From: Batkoa obscura
Taxonomy: Eukaryota
NCBI GenBank assembly: GCA_030770535.1
Contig: JASVEC010000029.1
Span: 496,001 to 560,000 of the forward strand
DNA length: 64,000 nucleotides
Reading direction: 5' to 3'
A program made the position numbers and the translations under genes. How positions within the stretch are numbered: position 1 is the first letter of the stretch; every line of letters starts with the position of its first letter. Below are positions 49,956 through 60,856 of this stretch, one piece after another. The notes beneath the pieces were generated by a model. It did no database searches, was not told where the DNA came from, and worked only from the letters and a program-made list of their open reading frames with translations.

Positions 49956-52295
49956 ATGCCTAATAACTCTAATATCTACGTAAGCTTGGCCTTCTTAGCT
50001 GTATTCTCCAGTGTATGCCAAAGCGAAAAGGTTCTGGGAGCCAATGTTGATTGCTTGTATAAGCATAACGGCGCCTGCCAACCTTGTCCGGAACAATACT
50101 ACTGGGAGAATGCCTGCCATGAAACTACAAATCAAGACCAGGAGTTAGTTTCTGAGTTAAGGGCAAATGATACTAACAGTATTGGTTTAGAGCAATTAGG
50201 TTCTAATCTATCTTCAATGGTGGCTAGCTATTCTGAGAGTGAACCTATTTACCGTAGAACATATGGGAAAGAAGAAGAATATAATAATGACAAAAAGAAG
50301 AAAGAAGAAAAATATAATAATGATAAGAAAAATAAAGAAGAAGGGAAATACAATAAAGATCCTAAGAAGAAAGAAGACCCTAAATACAACAATGCTGATG
50401 GCAATAAAAAAGATAAAAATGGCATCCCTATCAATTTGGACTTTGATTTAAATTTGTTTGGTCATAAATTAATTGACAGTGATTTAAATTTGAACTTATT
50501 TGGCAAAAATGGGCTTATTGACGTTAAAGGTGGGGTTGACCTTTTTGATAAAAAAGTTGATACCGATTTTCAAGCTAGTTTATTAGGCAAAAAAGGTGTG
50601 TTAGACACTTCAATTGATGCTAAGGTTGGTGATAAGAAAAAACTTATCGACCTTGGTATTGACGCTAGCATTCTCAGTAATAAAGGTTTGGTCAACGCAA
50701 AGGTACAAGCTTCTATTGGTGATATTGCCAAAGTTGTTGCTCAATTGGATGTTTTCGGTAAAGACGGTTTAGTGAACTCAAAGCTTAAAGTATGTATCGG
50801 AGACATTGCTGATTTATCAGCTCAAATTAATATCTTAAACAAGAACGGTCTTATAGATGCTAACTTAAAAGCATACGTTGATAAAATTGCTAAGATTTCT
50901 GCTGAAGCTAAACTTTTGGGCAATGACGGTGTTGCTAGCTTAAAATTAATGGCATCAATTAAAGATATCTGTTCCTTAATCCTTGAATCAAAAGTATTAA
51001 GTGGTAATGGGTTAGCTGAAGCCAAGTTGAAGGCTTCTATTGAAAAACTTGCCAAGCTTGATATTGATGCAAGTGTTTTAGGCAAGAATGGTGTGGTAGA
51101 TGTTAAAGTTAAAGCCTCAATTAATGGGATGGCCGACCTCATTATCAAGGCTAATATTCTTAGTGATAAAGGTTTAGCTACTGGTGACTTAAAAGCCTCT
51201 ATTGGTGAAATAGTTAAAATAGCATCTCAAATTAATGTTATGGGAAGCAATGGACTAATTGATCTTAAATTAAAAGCATGTGTTGATGGAATTGCCGATA
51301 TCAATGCAAAACTCAATGCTTTAGGACCAAATGGATTAGTTGATGTCAAATTGAGAGCCTCCATTGCTGAAATTGCTAAGCTTATGGTTGACACTAATAT
51401 CCTCGGTGCCAATGGTTTAGTCGATGCTAAAGTCAAGGCTTCAATTGAGAATATTGTCAAAGTAGCTGGTGAATTGAACATCTTAGGCAAGAATGGTGTG
51501 GTAGATGCTAAAGTTAAGGCTTCTATTGATGGAATGGCTGATCTTATCATTAAAGCAAATATCTTAAGTGATAAAGGATTAGCCAGTGCCGACCTAAAAG
51601 CCTCTATTGGTGAAATAGCTAAATTGGCTACCCAAATTAACATCATGGGAAGCAATGGACTAGTTGATCTTAAATTAAAAGCATGTGTTGATGGAATTGC
51701 CGATATCAATGCAAAACTCAATGCTTTAGGACCAAATGGATTAGTTGATGTCAAATTGAGAGCCTCCATTGCTGAAATTGCTAAGCTTATGGTTGACACT
51801 AATATCCTCGGTGCCAGTGGTTTAGTCGATGCTAAAGTCAAGGCTTCAATTGAGAATATTGTCAAAGTAGCTGGTGAATTGAACATCTTAGGCAAGAATG
51901 GTGTGGTAGATGCTAAAGTTAAGGCTTCTGTTGGTGGAATAGCTAATGTTATTGTTAAAGCAAATATCTTAAGCAAGCAAGGATTAGCCAGTGCTGACTT
52001 AAAAGCCTCTATTGGTGAAATAGCTAAATTGGCTACCCAAATCAATGTCATGGGAAGTAATGGTGTTATTGACCTCAGGTTAAAAGCATGTGTTGATGGA
52101 ATTGCTGCTATCTATACAAAAGTAAATGCTTTAGGATCAAATGGATTAGTTGATGTCAAATTGAGAGCTTCAATTGCTGAAATTGCTAAACTCATGGTCG
52201 ATACCAATATCCTTGGTGTTGATGGTTTAGTTGATGCTCAAGTAAAAGCTTCGATTATGAGCATTGTAAGCACGCATTATGGGTACAAATATTAA
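49956..52295 (+). CDS. Secreted 27-aa-repeat protein A (779 aa): signal peptide, 4-Cys module, K/E/N spacer, about 22 repeats; unknown family
   Basis: Long ORF with no intron needed and a hydrophobic N-terminus. Repeats of the type GLVDAKVKASIENIVKVAGELNILGKN, with a 405-bp higher-order DNA repeat. Confidence 0.9.
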   Translation: MPNNSNIYVSLAFLAVFSSVCQSEKVLGANVDCLYKHNGACQPCPEQYYWENACHETTNQDQELVSELRANDTNSIGLEQLGSNLSSMVASYSESEPIYRRTYGKEEEYNNDKKKKEEKYNNDKKNKEEGKYNKDPKKKEDPKYNNADGNKKDKNGIPINLDFDLNLFGHKLIDSDLNLNLFGKNGLIDVKGGVDLFDKKVDTDFQASLLGKKGVLDTSIDAKVGDKKKLIDLGIDASILSNKGLVNAKVQASIGDIAKVVAQLDVFGKDGLVNSKLKVCIGDIADLSAQINILNKNGLIDANLKAYVDKIAKISAEAKLLGNDGVASLKLMASIKDICSLILESKVLSGNGLAEAKLKASIEKLAKLDIDASVLGKNGVVDVKVKASINGMADLIIKANILSDKGLATGDLKASIGEIVKIASQINVMGSNGLIDLKLKACVDGIADINAKLNALGPNGLVDVKLRASIAEIAKLMVDTNILGANGLVDAKVKASIENIVKVAGELNILGKNGVVDAKVKASIDGMADLIIKANILSDKGLASADLKASIGEIAKLATQINIMGSNGLVDLKLKACVDGIADINAKLNALGPNGLVDVKLRASIAEIAKLMVDTNILGASGLVDAKVKASIENIVKVAGELNILGKNGVVDAKVKASVGGIANVIVKANILSKQGLASADLKASIGEIAKLATQINVMGSNGVIDLRLKACVDGIAAIYTKVNALGSNGLVDVKLRASIAEIAKLMVDTNILGVDGLVDAQVKASIMSIVSTHYGYKY

Positions 52296-52487
52296 GGTTT
52301 CGCAATAAAATTAATTAATCAATATTTAAATTTACTAGCATCTTTGTATTTATTAATGTTTTATTTATTTATTATTAATAATGATTCAATTAAAAGTTTA
52401 ATAAATTTTAAAAGCTATATTTTTTTAGAATACTTTATTTCATTATGTTTGATATTTAATAACGAATAAACGAATAAACAAAAATGA

Positions 52488-53471
52488 TTATTTATTACTC
52501 TTTAAAATATTTGCTTTTGCTAAATCTACTTTAGCTAATTGCCCATCCTTAAGCACTTTAGCACCCAAATCACCATCAACGATATTACCATCTGGCCCAA
52601 CTTTAGCTTTAACGTTAACATCAGTCAATCCATTTTTATCTAGTACGTTAGCATGTACATTAGCATCTGCCAAATCCATTACTTTAGCTTTAACATCGAC
52701 ATCAGCCAATCCTTTTTGACCCAAAACATTAGCCTTAACGTCTGCATCAGCCACTCCTTTAACATCCGCTTTGATTCTAGCATCAGCCACTCCCTTATCA
52801 CTCAATACATTAGCTTTAACTTGTGCATTAACAAGTTCTTGAACTTTAGCTTTAACATCAGCATCAACTAATCCTTTGTTAGTTAACACACTAGCTAACA
52901 CATCCGCTTCAATAAATTTATCTAACACATCCGCTTTTACTCGACCATCTAATAACCCTTTTTTGCTGAGCAAGTTTAAAACTACATCAAGGTTTAATAA
53001 ATCAATATCACTAACTTTAGCATGGGCACCAATGTCAATAGGTAAACCACCAATGGGTGGCAACCTGCCCGTTGGTGGGAATTTACTGAGATTTGTTTGC
53101 TGCTTTTCCTGTTGTCCAATTTTTTGAATTTTTTGAATTTGTTGAATTTTTTGAATTTTTTGAATTTGTTGAATTTTTTGAATTTGCTGGATTTGTTGTT
53201 GAGTCAACATTTGCTGCTGCTGTTGATTTTGATATTGCTGTTGAAATTGTTGGTTTTGTTGATGCTTTAAAGATTCACCGATTTGTTCAATAACATTACC
53301 CAAATCTTGAACATTATTAATTTGTATATTATTATTAGCTTCTTTCATATGACGTCCATCATTACAATTACTATAAGGTTTACATGGCTGATAAGAATTA
53401 ATGCTCATAGGCTGAGAAGTGATACCAGTAAGTAAACTTGATAAAACATTAATTAGGATAAAATTTTTCAT
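52488..53471 (-). CDS. Secreted 27-aa-repeat protein B (327 aa): Gln-rich spacer, about 6 repeats plus cap
   Basis: MKNFILINVLSSLL signal, (IQQ/IQK)n tract, GLPIDIGA entry motif, GLVDADVKAKVQELVNAQVKANVLSDK-type units. Confidence 0.9.
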   Translation of the reverse strand: MKNFILINVLSSLLTGITSQPMSINSYQPCKPYSNCNDGRHMKEANNNIQINNVQDLGNVIEQIGESLKHQQNQQFQQQYQNQQQQQMLTQQQIQQIQKIQQIQKIQKIQQIQKIQKIGQQEKQQTNLSKFPPTGRLPPIGGLPIDIGAHAKVSDIDLLNLDVVLNLLSKKGLLDGRVKADVLDKFIEADVLASVLTNKGLVDADVKAKVQELVNAQVKANVLSDKGVADARIKADVKGVADADVKANVLGQKGLADVDVKAKVMDLADANVHANVLDKNGLTDVNVKAKVGPDGNIVDGDLGAKVLKDGQLAKVDLAKANILKSNK

Positions 53472-53766
53472 TTCTTTTCAATATTAGATAAGGTATAGAG
53501 CTATGGGTTATTATTTAAGATATAAAAGTTAGTTTTTTTATTTTTTCATTGTAGCTTAAAATTAGCTTTTTATACTATTTTTTAATCCTTATTAAGTATA
53601 TTGTTGTAGCGCTTAATGATTATTAAACCCTAGTAATCCACTTTTTTACTCTTTTGAGCCTCTCTTTAGTTTTCTTACCATCGTATATAGAACTTTTATT
53701 ATAAACTTATAATACTCACTTAATAATTATCAATATTATAATTACTTAGATAATCAAGATACAAAT

Positions 53767-53862
53767 GGGGATGTATTTTTTTGTTTAAGAATTTTACTAG
53801 CAATCTTTCCGCTCAAATAGCACTTAAAATGGAAAAAGTGATGAAACTAAAAAAACATCCCC
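53767..53862. mobile_element. MITE family 1 (reverse), AAAT TSD
   Basis: aaat|ggggatgt...acatcccc|aaat. Confidence 0.9.
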
Positions 53863-54726
53863 AAATATTGATTAAAAAATCAATTAAAACCACAAATCAA
53901 CCACTAAAAAAATCAAAACTTTAATTGTTTTAGAATTGTTAAACTAGGATTTAATCCAAGACTTTCAAGTTGCTATATTTTTGTATTAAATTTTTATAAG
54001 AAATTAAACTTTATTATGCTAATAGATAGTTATTTTAAAATTTGAACTATTCACAATAATTAAATGAATTAAATAACACTTAAATCCTCTTACATTGATT
54101 ACCAACTGGTTAGCCATTTACGAAATCATCAATATCCTCTAGAAAATATTGTTAATCGTACAATTGTTTATAGTGTTTACAATATTTACTATAAAGTAAC
54201 AGTCAGAAACTTGAATAACGGCACTAACAAGACAACTTAGCTATAACCCGATTCTTTTTCTTTATATAATAATTAGTTGAGCTCAAAGATTTTCTTTTAA
54301 ACTTGACTTTAATTTATTTAATTTTATCAGCATAAATATTGGCCATAATTTTCAAGTCTAGAACCAAACGCTATAAATTTAGTTACCAACTAAATTAAAT
54401 TAAGAATTATTAATCTATTTTATCATTATTGAAGAAGGAAACAAGATATATTTGTTTATTTTTAAATACATAATCCTTTATTAACATAAAAGTCTATACT
54501 AATGATAAATCTAAAATTATATTTTATTATAAATTCACCGTATTAATCATTATATTAGTTACCAAGCCATATTTTAATTCATTTGAAAATTAATAATAAT
54601 ACTACTGCTAATTTATATTAAGTGTAAAGTTGGGCATCTTCATTTTTGTATTTACTACATGCAAAAATAAAAAAGCATCATGATTAAATAGTAAATAAAA
54701 AATTGTAAATGCCCAATTATACATAT

Positions 54727-54825
54727 GGGGGTGTTTTTTTTGCCTTCATCACTTTTTCCATCTTTTAAGTACTATTTGAGTGGAAAGATTGTTAGTAAAA
54801 TTGTTAAATACAAAAATACATCCCC
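54727..54825. mobile_element. MITE family 1
   Basis: atat|gggggtgt...acatcccc|gtat plus the family core. Confidence 0.88.
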
Positions 54826-55944
54826 GTATAATAAAATTGTGATGATAAATTGTCATTAAAGAGAGCGGGATAGCTTTCAATTGCTTATTTTTAAAAATAG
54901 TTTGTAGAATAAATATCATATCGGTAATATTAGAATCTATTTATACGCCGTTATTATAGTCTGAAAACTACGGAAGCTTTCTTTTTATATAATAGAAAGT
55001 AGAAGAGTTTTTTTCAATATTAACTAGATTTTCATAATTTTATCTTACATGAAATAAACAAAATAAAGGAACGAAAAGAAACTTCCTAAATGTATATAAT
55101 CTTTTATTGTAGAATTGAAACTCCTCACAGAAATTTTATTTTAAATATAAAAGTGCAATATAATAGCTTTGAAAGTTTTATAATTCAAATAAACCAATTT
55201 GTACTATGCTTTTATAGTTTTTTTTAACCAAGACTTTCTAAAGCAGTGTTTATAACAAAATACATTACATAGCAAGAAAAAAATAAAATAAAAAAATTAA
55301 TCTATATAAAAACCTATGTGTTTCCAGATATGTAAGTAAAAGAAATAAAATCTTTTTTGATAAGGATTTATACTTTTTGTAAATTGATTGAATTTAAGGA
55401 AAAAATGAAAACTTTTTAATCAAAATGTCCTCAGATTCAAAGATACAAAGTCAAGTTAAAGTGGAACCAGGTTTTGAATAAAAGTAAACATACAATGTTG
55501 ATAAAAAATAATCTATAAAACTAAATACTAAGTAAAGGAAGTTAAAAGGCTGAATTACAGGGAAAAAGCGACAATGTAAAGGCAATATTATTATTTTAAG
55601 ATGCATCCGATATGCTAAATAAAGTATCAAGAATTTTTTATTCTTATGGAGTTTTGAATTATTTTACAATGTGCTATTAATACCTATGAAGACTAAGTAA
55701 GCTCAAATGTTTTTGGTCAAATTTTTGTATTTTTATAGAACTGTAGTATAAAAAGTGAATTTTTAAAAGGTTGATGAAATATGTTTAATCAGTATCATAA
55801 TTTTTAGTAAACTTATTCTATTTTCATCTTTAATTATTTTCAATACATCAATGCACCAATACTAAAGTTGACAAAAACAAAGCAATTGTAACCATGAAAT
55901 TCAAAAAATATAAAGCTATTTATTTATTATAAAACTCTTAATCC

Positions 55945-57120
55945 TTAATACCCCTTTCCACCCAACAAGTTCAATTTTTTCAAATTGATCTGGGCCAATT
56001 TCCCATTATTCAATACTTTAGCCAACAAATTGACATCCGCTACTTTATTCTCACCATCCCCTACTTCTGCTTTAACCTTAGCATCGGCTACCCCCTCTTT
56101 ATTCAATACATTAGCGCCTACATTTGCCTTAGCAATATCAGCTACATTAGCTTTAACGTCTGCATTAGCCATGCCATTTTCACCTAACACATTCGCCTTA
56201 ACATCAGCTTTAGCAATATCAGCAACATTAGCTTTAGCTTTAACATCTGCTACGCCGTTTTCACCCAATACGTTAGCTTTAACATCTGCTTTAGCAATAT
56301 CGGCTATGTTTGCTTTAACTTTGGCATCAGCTACTCCTTTTTCACCTAACACATTAGCATTTACTTGAGCATTTACAAGCTCATCTACTTTAGCTTTAAC
56401 ATTGGCATTAATAAGTCCTTTTTTGGAGAGGACATCGGCAAGGATATCAGCTTTCACTAAATCATTAAGGACATTGGCTTTTACATTTAAGTTGGCGAGG
56501 CCTTTGTCTTTGTTCAAAAGATCGAGGAGAACTTTGATACGGAGTAAATCAATATTACCAATCTTGACATTGGCACCTATATCGATGGGTAAACCACCAT
56601 GCTCAGGTTGGTAGTTTTTGGGTTGGCTACCATGAGGCTCATTACGTTGCGGTTGGTTGGTTTGCGGTTGATTTCCTTGAGGTTGAGTGTCTTGTGATTG
56701 GTTATCGTGAGGTTTATAACTTTGGGATTGGTTACCCTGAGGTTGATTTCCTTGAGGCTGGTTGATTTGTGGTTGGTTACCTTTTGGTAAATTATCTTGA
56801 GATTTGATTTCTTTAGGCTTATTTTCTTCCGGTTTACTTTCTTGGGGTTTACTTTCCTCAGGCTTTTTCTCTTGAGGTTTATTTTCTTCGGGTTTATCTT
56901 GAGGTTTTATTTCTTCCGGTTTTCTATCTAAATATTCTGGTTGGTAAGCATTATAGACATAACTTGATCTTGAAATTGGCTGATTTTCATTAGATGCAAT
57001 GTTTAATAAGTTGGATTCTACTGAATCTGAGTTTGCGATTTCATTACTACTAGTAGTTTCGTGGGAGGTTATATTGGCTATAAAGGATAATAATACTAAA
57101 GTTATATAAATATTCTTCAT
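55945..57120 (-). CDS. Secreted 27-aa-repeat protein C (about 391 aa): KPEE/QPQG pentapeptide spacer, about 7 repeats plus cap
   Basis: Start MKNIYITLVLLSF at ATG 57120 by homology with paralogues; GLPIDIGANVKIG entry motif; GVADVKAKANVADIAKADVKANVLGEN units. Confidence 0.9.
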   Translation of the reverse strand: MKNIYITLVLLSFIANITSHETTSSNEIANSDSVESNLLNIASNENQPISRSSYVYNAYQPEYLDRKPEEIKPQDKPEENKPQEKKPEESKPQESKPEENKPKEIKSQDNLPKGNQPQINQPQGNQPQGNQSQSYKPHDNQSQDTQPQGNQPQTNQPQRNEPHGSQPKNYQPEHGGLPIDIGANVKIGNIDLLRIKVLLDLLNKDKGLANLNVKANVLNDLVKADILADVLSKKGLINANVKAKVDELVNAQVNANVLGEKGVADAKVKANIADIAKADVKANVLGENGVADVKAKANVADIAKADVKANVLGENGMANADVKANVADIAKANVGANVLNKEGVADAKVKAEVGDGENKVADVNLLAKVLNNGKLAQINLKKLNLLGGKGY

Positions 57121-57229
57121 TTTCAAAGTAAATAGCTTATTAGTTAGTTATAAATTATTAGTTGGTAAATAGTGTTGTTAGATTTCAAATAAAATAATAG
57201 GTTAAGTAAGAAAAGTATTAAATATTATA

Positions 57230-57410
57230 TATATTTATACTATTTTTTTGAAAGTTTTATTTAATTTTTATTTTTCTTAATTTAATTTTAATGAATTTAA
57301 AAGGTTCATTTTAATAAAAATTTAATTATGTGGTTTAGTTTCCAATTTAAATTTACATTAATTTTACACAATAAAATTATATACCAAATTTAGAAAACTA
57401 GCATACATTA
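57230..57410 (-). promoter_or_regulatory. Conserved upstream block of the repeat-protein genes, including TATA box TAGTATAAATA
   Basis: tatttatacta occurs about 90-130 bp upstream of the ATG of C (~57232), D (~59190) and F (~63486). The block aaaggttc...atgtggttt...aaattagaaa.ctagcata is shared by 57300-57405 and 59258-59363. Confidence 0.6.
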
Positions 57411-57682
57411 CCAAAGTAAAATGAAACAAAATAAACCTATTTTTTAAGCTAATTTTATATACTTTATCAAAATCATAGTAAAACAATTAACTTTTGATTA
57501 AAATAATAAAAGACCTGCCTTTCGATTAAATACTATAACTTTCGGTATAGCATTTTGTATTTTTCAGCTTTAATTATTTTTACAAACATAAAAATATTAA
57601 TAAAAAAATATTAAAAATAACTGCCAAATTTAAATTAAATTAAGTTAAATTAAATTATTTATTCAATAGAAACCCGCAATTA

Positions 57683-59101
57683 TTAATATTCTTTATTTCC
57701 ACCGCCTAAAGAAATCACTTTCTTTAAATCGACTTGTACCAAGTTACCATCTTTGCCTAATACACTAGCATTGACTTTTTCATCAGCAATCCCTTCAACT
57801 TTAGCTTTAGCTTTGACATCAGCTACACCATTCTCACCTAATACACTGGCTTTAACATCTGCTTTAGCAATATCAGCAACATTAGCTTTAGCTTTGACAT
57901 CAGCTACACCATTCTCACCTAATACACCGGCTTTAACATCTGCTTTAGCAATATCAGCAACATTAGCTTTAACATCAGCATTAGCAAGCCCGTCCTTTCC
58001 TAACACATTCGCCTTAACATCAGCTTTAGCAATATCAGCAACATTAGCTTTAGCTTTAACATCAGCTACACCATTCTCACCTAATACACCGGCTTTAACA
58101 TCTGCTTTAGCAATATCAGCAACATTAGCTTTAACATCAGCATTAGCAAGCCCGTCCTTTCCTAACACATTTGCCTTAACATCTGCTTTAGCAATATCAG
58201 CTACATTGGCTTTGACATCAGCATTAACTAGCCCCTCTTTAGAAAGTACATCAGCGAGTACATCAGCTTTGATTAAATCGTTAAGTACATTGGCTTTAAT
58301 ATCCAAATTGGCTAACCCTTTATCTTTACTCAAAAGTTCAAGAAGGATTTGGAATTTGATTAAATCAATATTACCGATCTTAATGTTGGCGCCTAAGTTA
58401 ATGGGTAGACCACTATGTTCGGGTTGGTAATTTTTTGATTGATTTCCCTGTGGCTGGTTACCGTGAGGTTTGTAACTTTGGGGTTGGTTACCTTGAGGCT
58501 GATTTCCTTGAGGTTGATTGGTTTGAGGTTGAGTACCTTGTGGTTGAGTACCTTGTGGTTGAGTACCTTGTGGTTGGTTGGTTTGGGGTTGAGTACCTTG
58601 AGGCTGGTTGGTTTGGGGTTGAGTACCTTGAGGCTGGTTGGTTTGGGGTTGAGTACCTTGGGGTTGAGTACCTTGGGGTTGAGTACCTTGAGGCTGGTTG
58701 GTTTGAGGTTGAGTACCCTGTGGTTGATTACCTTGTGGTTGAGTACCTTGTGGTTGAGTACCTTGTGGTTGAGTACCTTGTGGTTGATTACCTTGTGGTT
58801 GAGTACCTTGTGGTTGAGTACCTTGTGGTTGAGTACCTTGTGGTTGAGTACCTTGTGGTTGATTAGTTTGAGACTTATCATCAATTGGTTTTATGACTTC
58901 TGGCTTTTTATCTGGATATTCCGGTTGATAAGACTTTGAACCATAACTTGATTTGTGTACTGATGGATTTCCACCGGTAACGATATTTAGTAAATTTGAT
59001 GGTATTAAATTTGGACTTATAATATCATTAAGATTAGTGCCAAGAGAGGCTGTGTTGGCTATTAATGATGCTAAAACTATAGATATGTAAATGTTCTTCA
59101 T
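57683..59101 (-). CDS. Secreted 27-aa-repeat protein D (472 aa): about 26 xxQPQ pentapeptides, about 8 repeats plus cap
   Basis: MKNIYISIVLASL signal, (GT/GN/TN)QPQ array, 81-bp units with 162-bp higher-order duplication. Confidence 0.9.
   Translation of the reverse strand: MKNIYISIVLASLIANTASLGTNLNDIISPNLIPSNLLNIVTGGNPSVHKSSYGSKSYQPEYPDKKPEVIKPIDDKSQTNQPQGTQPQGTQPQGTQPQGTQPQGNQPQGTQPQGTQPQGTQPQGNQPQGTQPQTNQPQGTQPQGTQPQGTQPQTNQPQGTQPQTNQPQGTQPQTNQPQGTQPQGTQPQGTQPQTNQPQGNQPQGNQPQSYKPHGNQPQGNQSKNYQPEHSGLPINLGANIKIGNIDLIKFQILLELLSKDKGLANLDIKANVLNDLIKADVLADVLSKEGLVNADVKANVADIAKADVKANVLGKDGLANADVKANVADIAKADVKAGVLGENGVADVKAKANVADIAKADVKANVLGKDGLANADVKANVADIAKADVKAGVLGENGVADVKAKANVADIAKADVKASVLGENGVADVKAKAKVEGIADEKVNASVLGKDGNLVQVDLKKVISLGGGNKEY
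58480..58869. repeat. 15-bp coding minisatellite (GTQPQ/GNQPQ/TNQPQ)
   Basis: Tandem ttgtggttgagtacc and variants; about 26 units counted from the translation. Confidence 0.95.
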
Positions 59102-60060
59102 CTTATGTAAATGGAATATTAAGTCAATTAAGTATTAAGGTTTAAAGAAAACGTTATTGGATAAGTATTAACGCCATAAATGTTTATTGTATTTATACTA
59201 TTTTTTGAAATACAATATCCGATATTCTATTTATTAAATTCGATTGAATGGATTTTCAAAGGTTCTTAAATTTATTTCAAAAACTCAATGTGGTTTTGTT
59301 TAATCTGAATTTAGATTAATTTTATATTATAAAATTATATTTCAAATTTAGAAAGCTAGCATAAACTAGCAAAGTTATGTTGTAAAATAAATAAAAGGGT
59401 AAAGAAACTTGATTGAATGATCTAAAACTTAATCTTTAATACATATAAAATCATTAAACGGATACAAATATTCTTATAAAAACCCACTTAACTTCTATCA
59501 CCCTTTCTATAACGTATTAACTAAAGATAATAGACCCCAAAGTATTTGCAATTTTAAATCAGCTAATGGAGTTGTACTCATATTAAAAACATAATGGATA
59601 TTGAGCAATGAAACATAGACAACCAGCATGAATTGTTAAAATCATGTTTAAATACAAATTTATTAAACAAAGCTCTAAAAGTCAATATAAAAAGTTGGAA
59701 AATTTGAAATTTAAAAAATACAACTTATGTTTAGTTTCAATTAGTAATATTTTTAGATAAAATAATAGAAACAGATAAGAAAAATCAAGAGGCTTATTTA
59801 TAGGAATAGTGTTTAATAGCAAAAAATGAAATACTATTATTGTTATAAATAAATTAAAATTACGCAATAAAACAACGAAATACAATATTTATTTTCAAAG
59901 CTAATGTATAAAATTGATAAAGTTAGCCATCTAATCTCATAAACACTCCGCATAACTTCACCATCCCTCCCTATAACGGATTAATCAAATATACTCTTTT
60001 CCAAATCATTATAAAGTTTTCTATCTATTAAAAATATCAAATTATTTAGTACTAGAATAT

Positions 60061-60157
60061 CAGGATGTTTTTTTGATTTCATTATTTTTTCCATTTTTAA
60101 GCGTTATTTGAGCGGAAAGATTGTTAGTAAAATTCTTAAACAAAAAAATACATCCCC
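60061..60157. mobile_element. MITE family 1
   Basis: atat|caggatgt...acatcccc|atat. Confidence 0.88.
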
Positions 60158-60199
60158 ATATATTTAGCACCAAGTGCTACAAAAAGAGTCACTTTTTTT

Positions 60200-60304
60200 T
60201 TGTCTAAGTTATTGGCTAATATTTTTTCAGTTTATGCTATATAAATGGACAAAAAAAAAATAAAAATAAAAATAAAAATTTTAACCAAGCTTCCAAAGTT
60301 ACCC
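60200..60304. mobile_element. MITE family 2 fragment (reverse)
   Basis: tttatgctatataaatggacaaaa...aattttaaccaagcttccaaagttaccc|atat is the reverse complement of the left end of 24182-24416. Confidence 0.55.
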
Positions 60305-60471
60305 ATATTTAAAAACGGAAATAAACTAAATAATCTTTTAAATTTTTATACTAAACTTTATAATAAAAAAGTATAAATTTAATTTTATAAAAAAATAGAA
60401 TAAATTTAACAATTTTGTTACTTTACGTAAAAGTTAGTGTAAAATTAAAATCCTTATTAAATTATTGATAT

Positions 60472-60566
60472 GAGGGTATTTTTGGTTTCATTACTTATTC
60501 CATTTTTTTAAGTGCTATTGAGCGGAAAAATGTTAGTAAACTTCTTAAACGAAAAGAGACTTTTTC
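60472..60566. mobile_element. MITE family 1, degenerate
   Basis: atat|gagggtattttt...aagtgctattgagcggaaaaatgttagtaaac. Confidence 0.75.
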
Positions 60567-60856
60567 ATAGTAATTCTATTTAATTAAATTCTTATTAAAT
60601 ATCTAAATCAACTTGATAAAAAAAATAACTCAAACATCCACCTAAAATGAATTTGAATGCTATTAAGAATAAATTATAAAACCCTTTAAAAAAGCCATTG
60701 AATTTATATAACAAGTAACTGAGTTTATTCTTCAACAATTCTAAAAGAGATAATATAAATAGTCAAAACTTGACATCGATATTTTAACTAACTTAATAGT
60801 TTTCTATTTTTTAATTTTTAATATCTATTAATTAATTTTACTTTGTTTTTTAAAAT

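Noticed and set aside
58393..58939. Alternative-frame ORFs (HKVLN, VEYLV, LSTLW repeats) and a possible CRISPR-like array
   Set aside because: This is a 15-bp coding minisatellite with no unique spacers, and the other frames are by-products.
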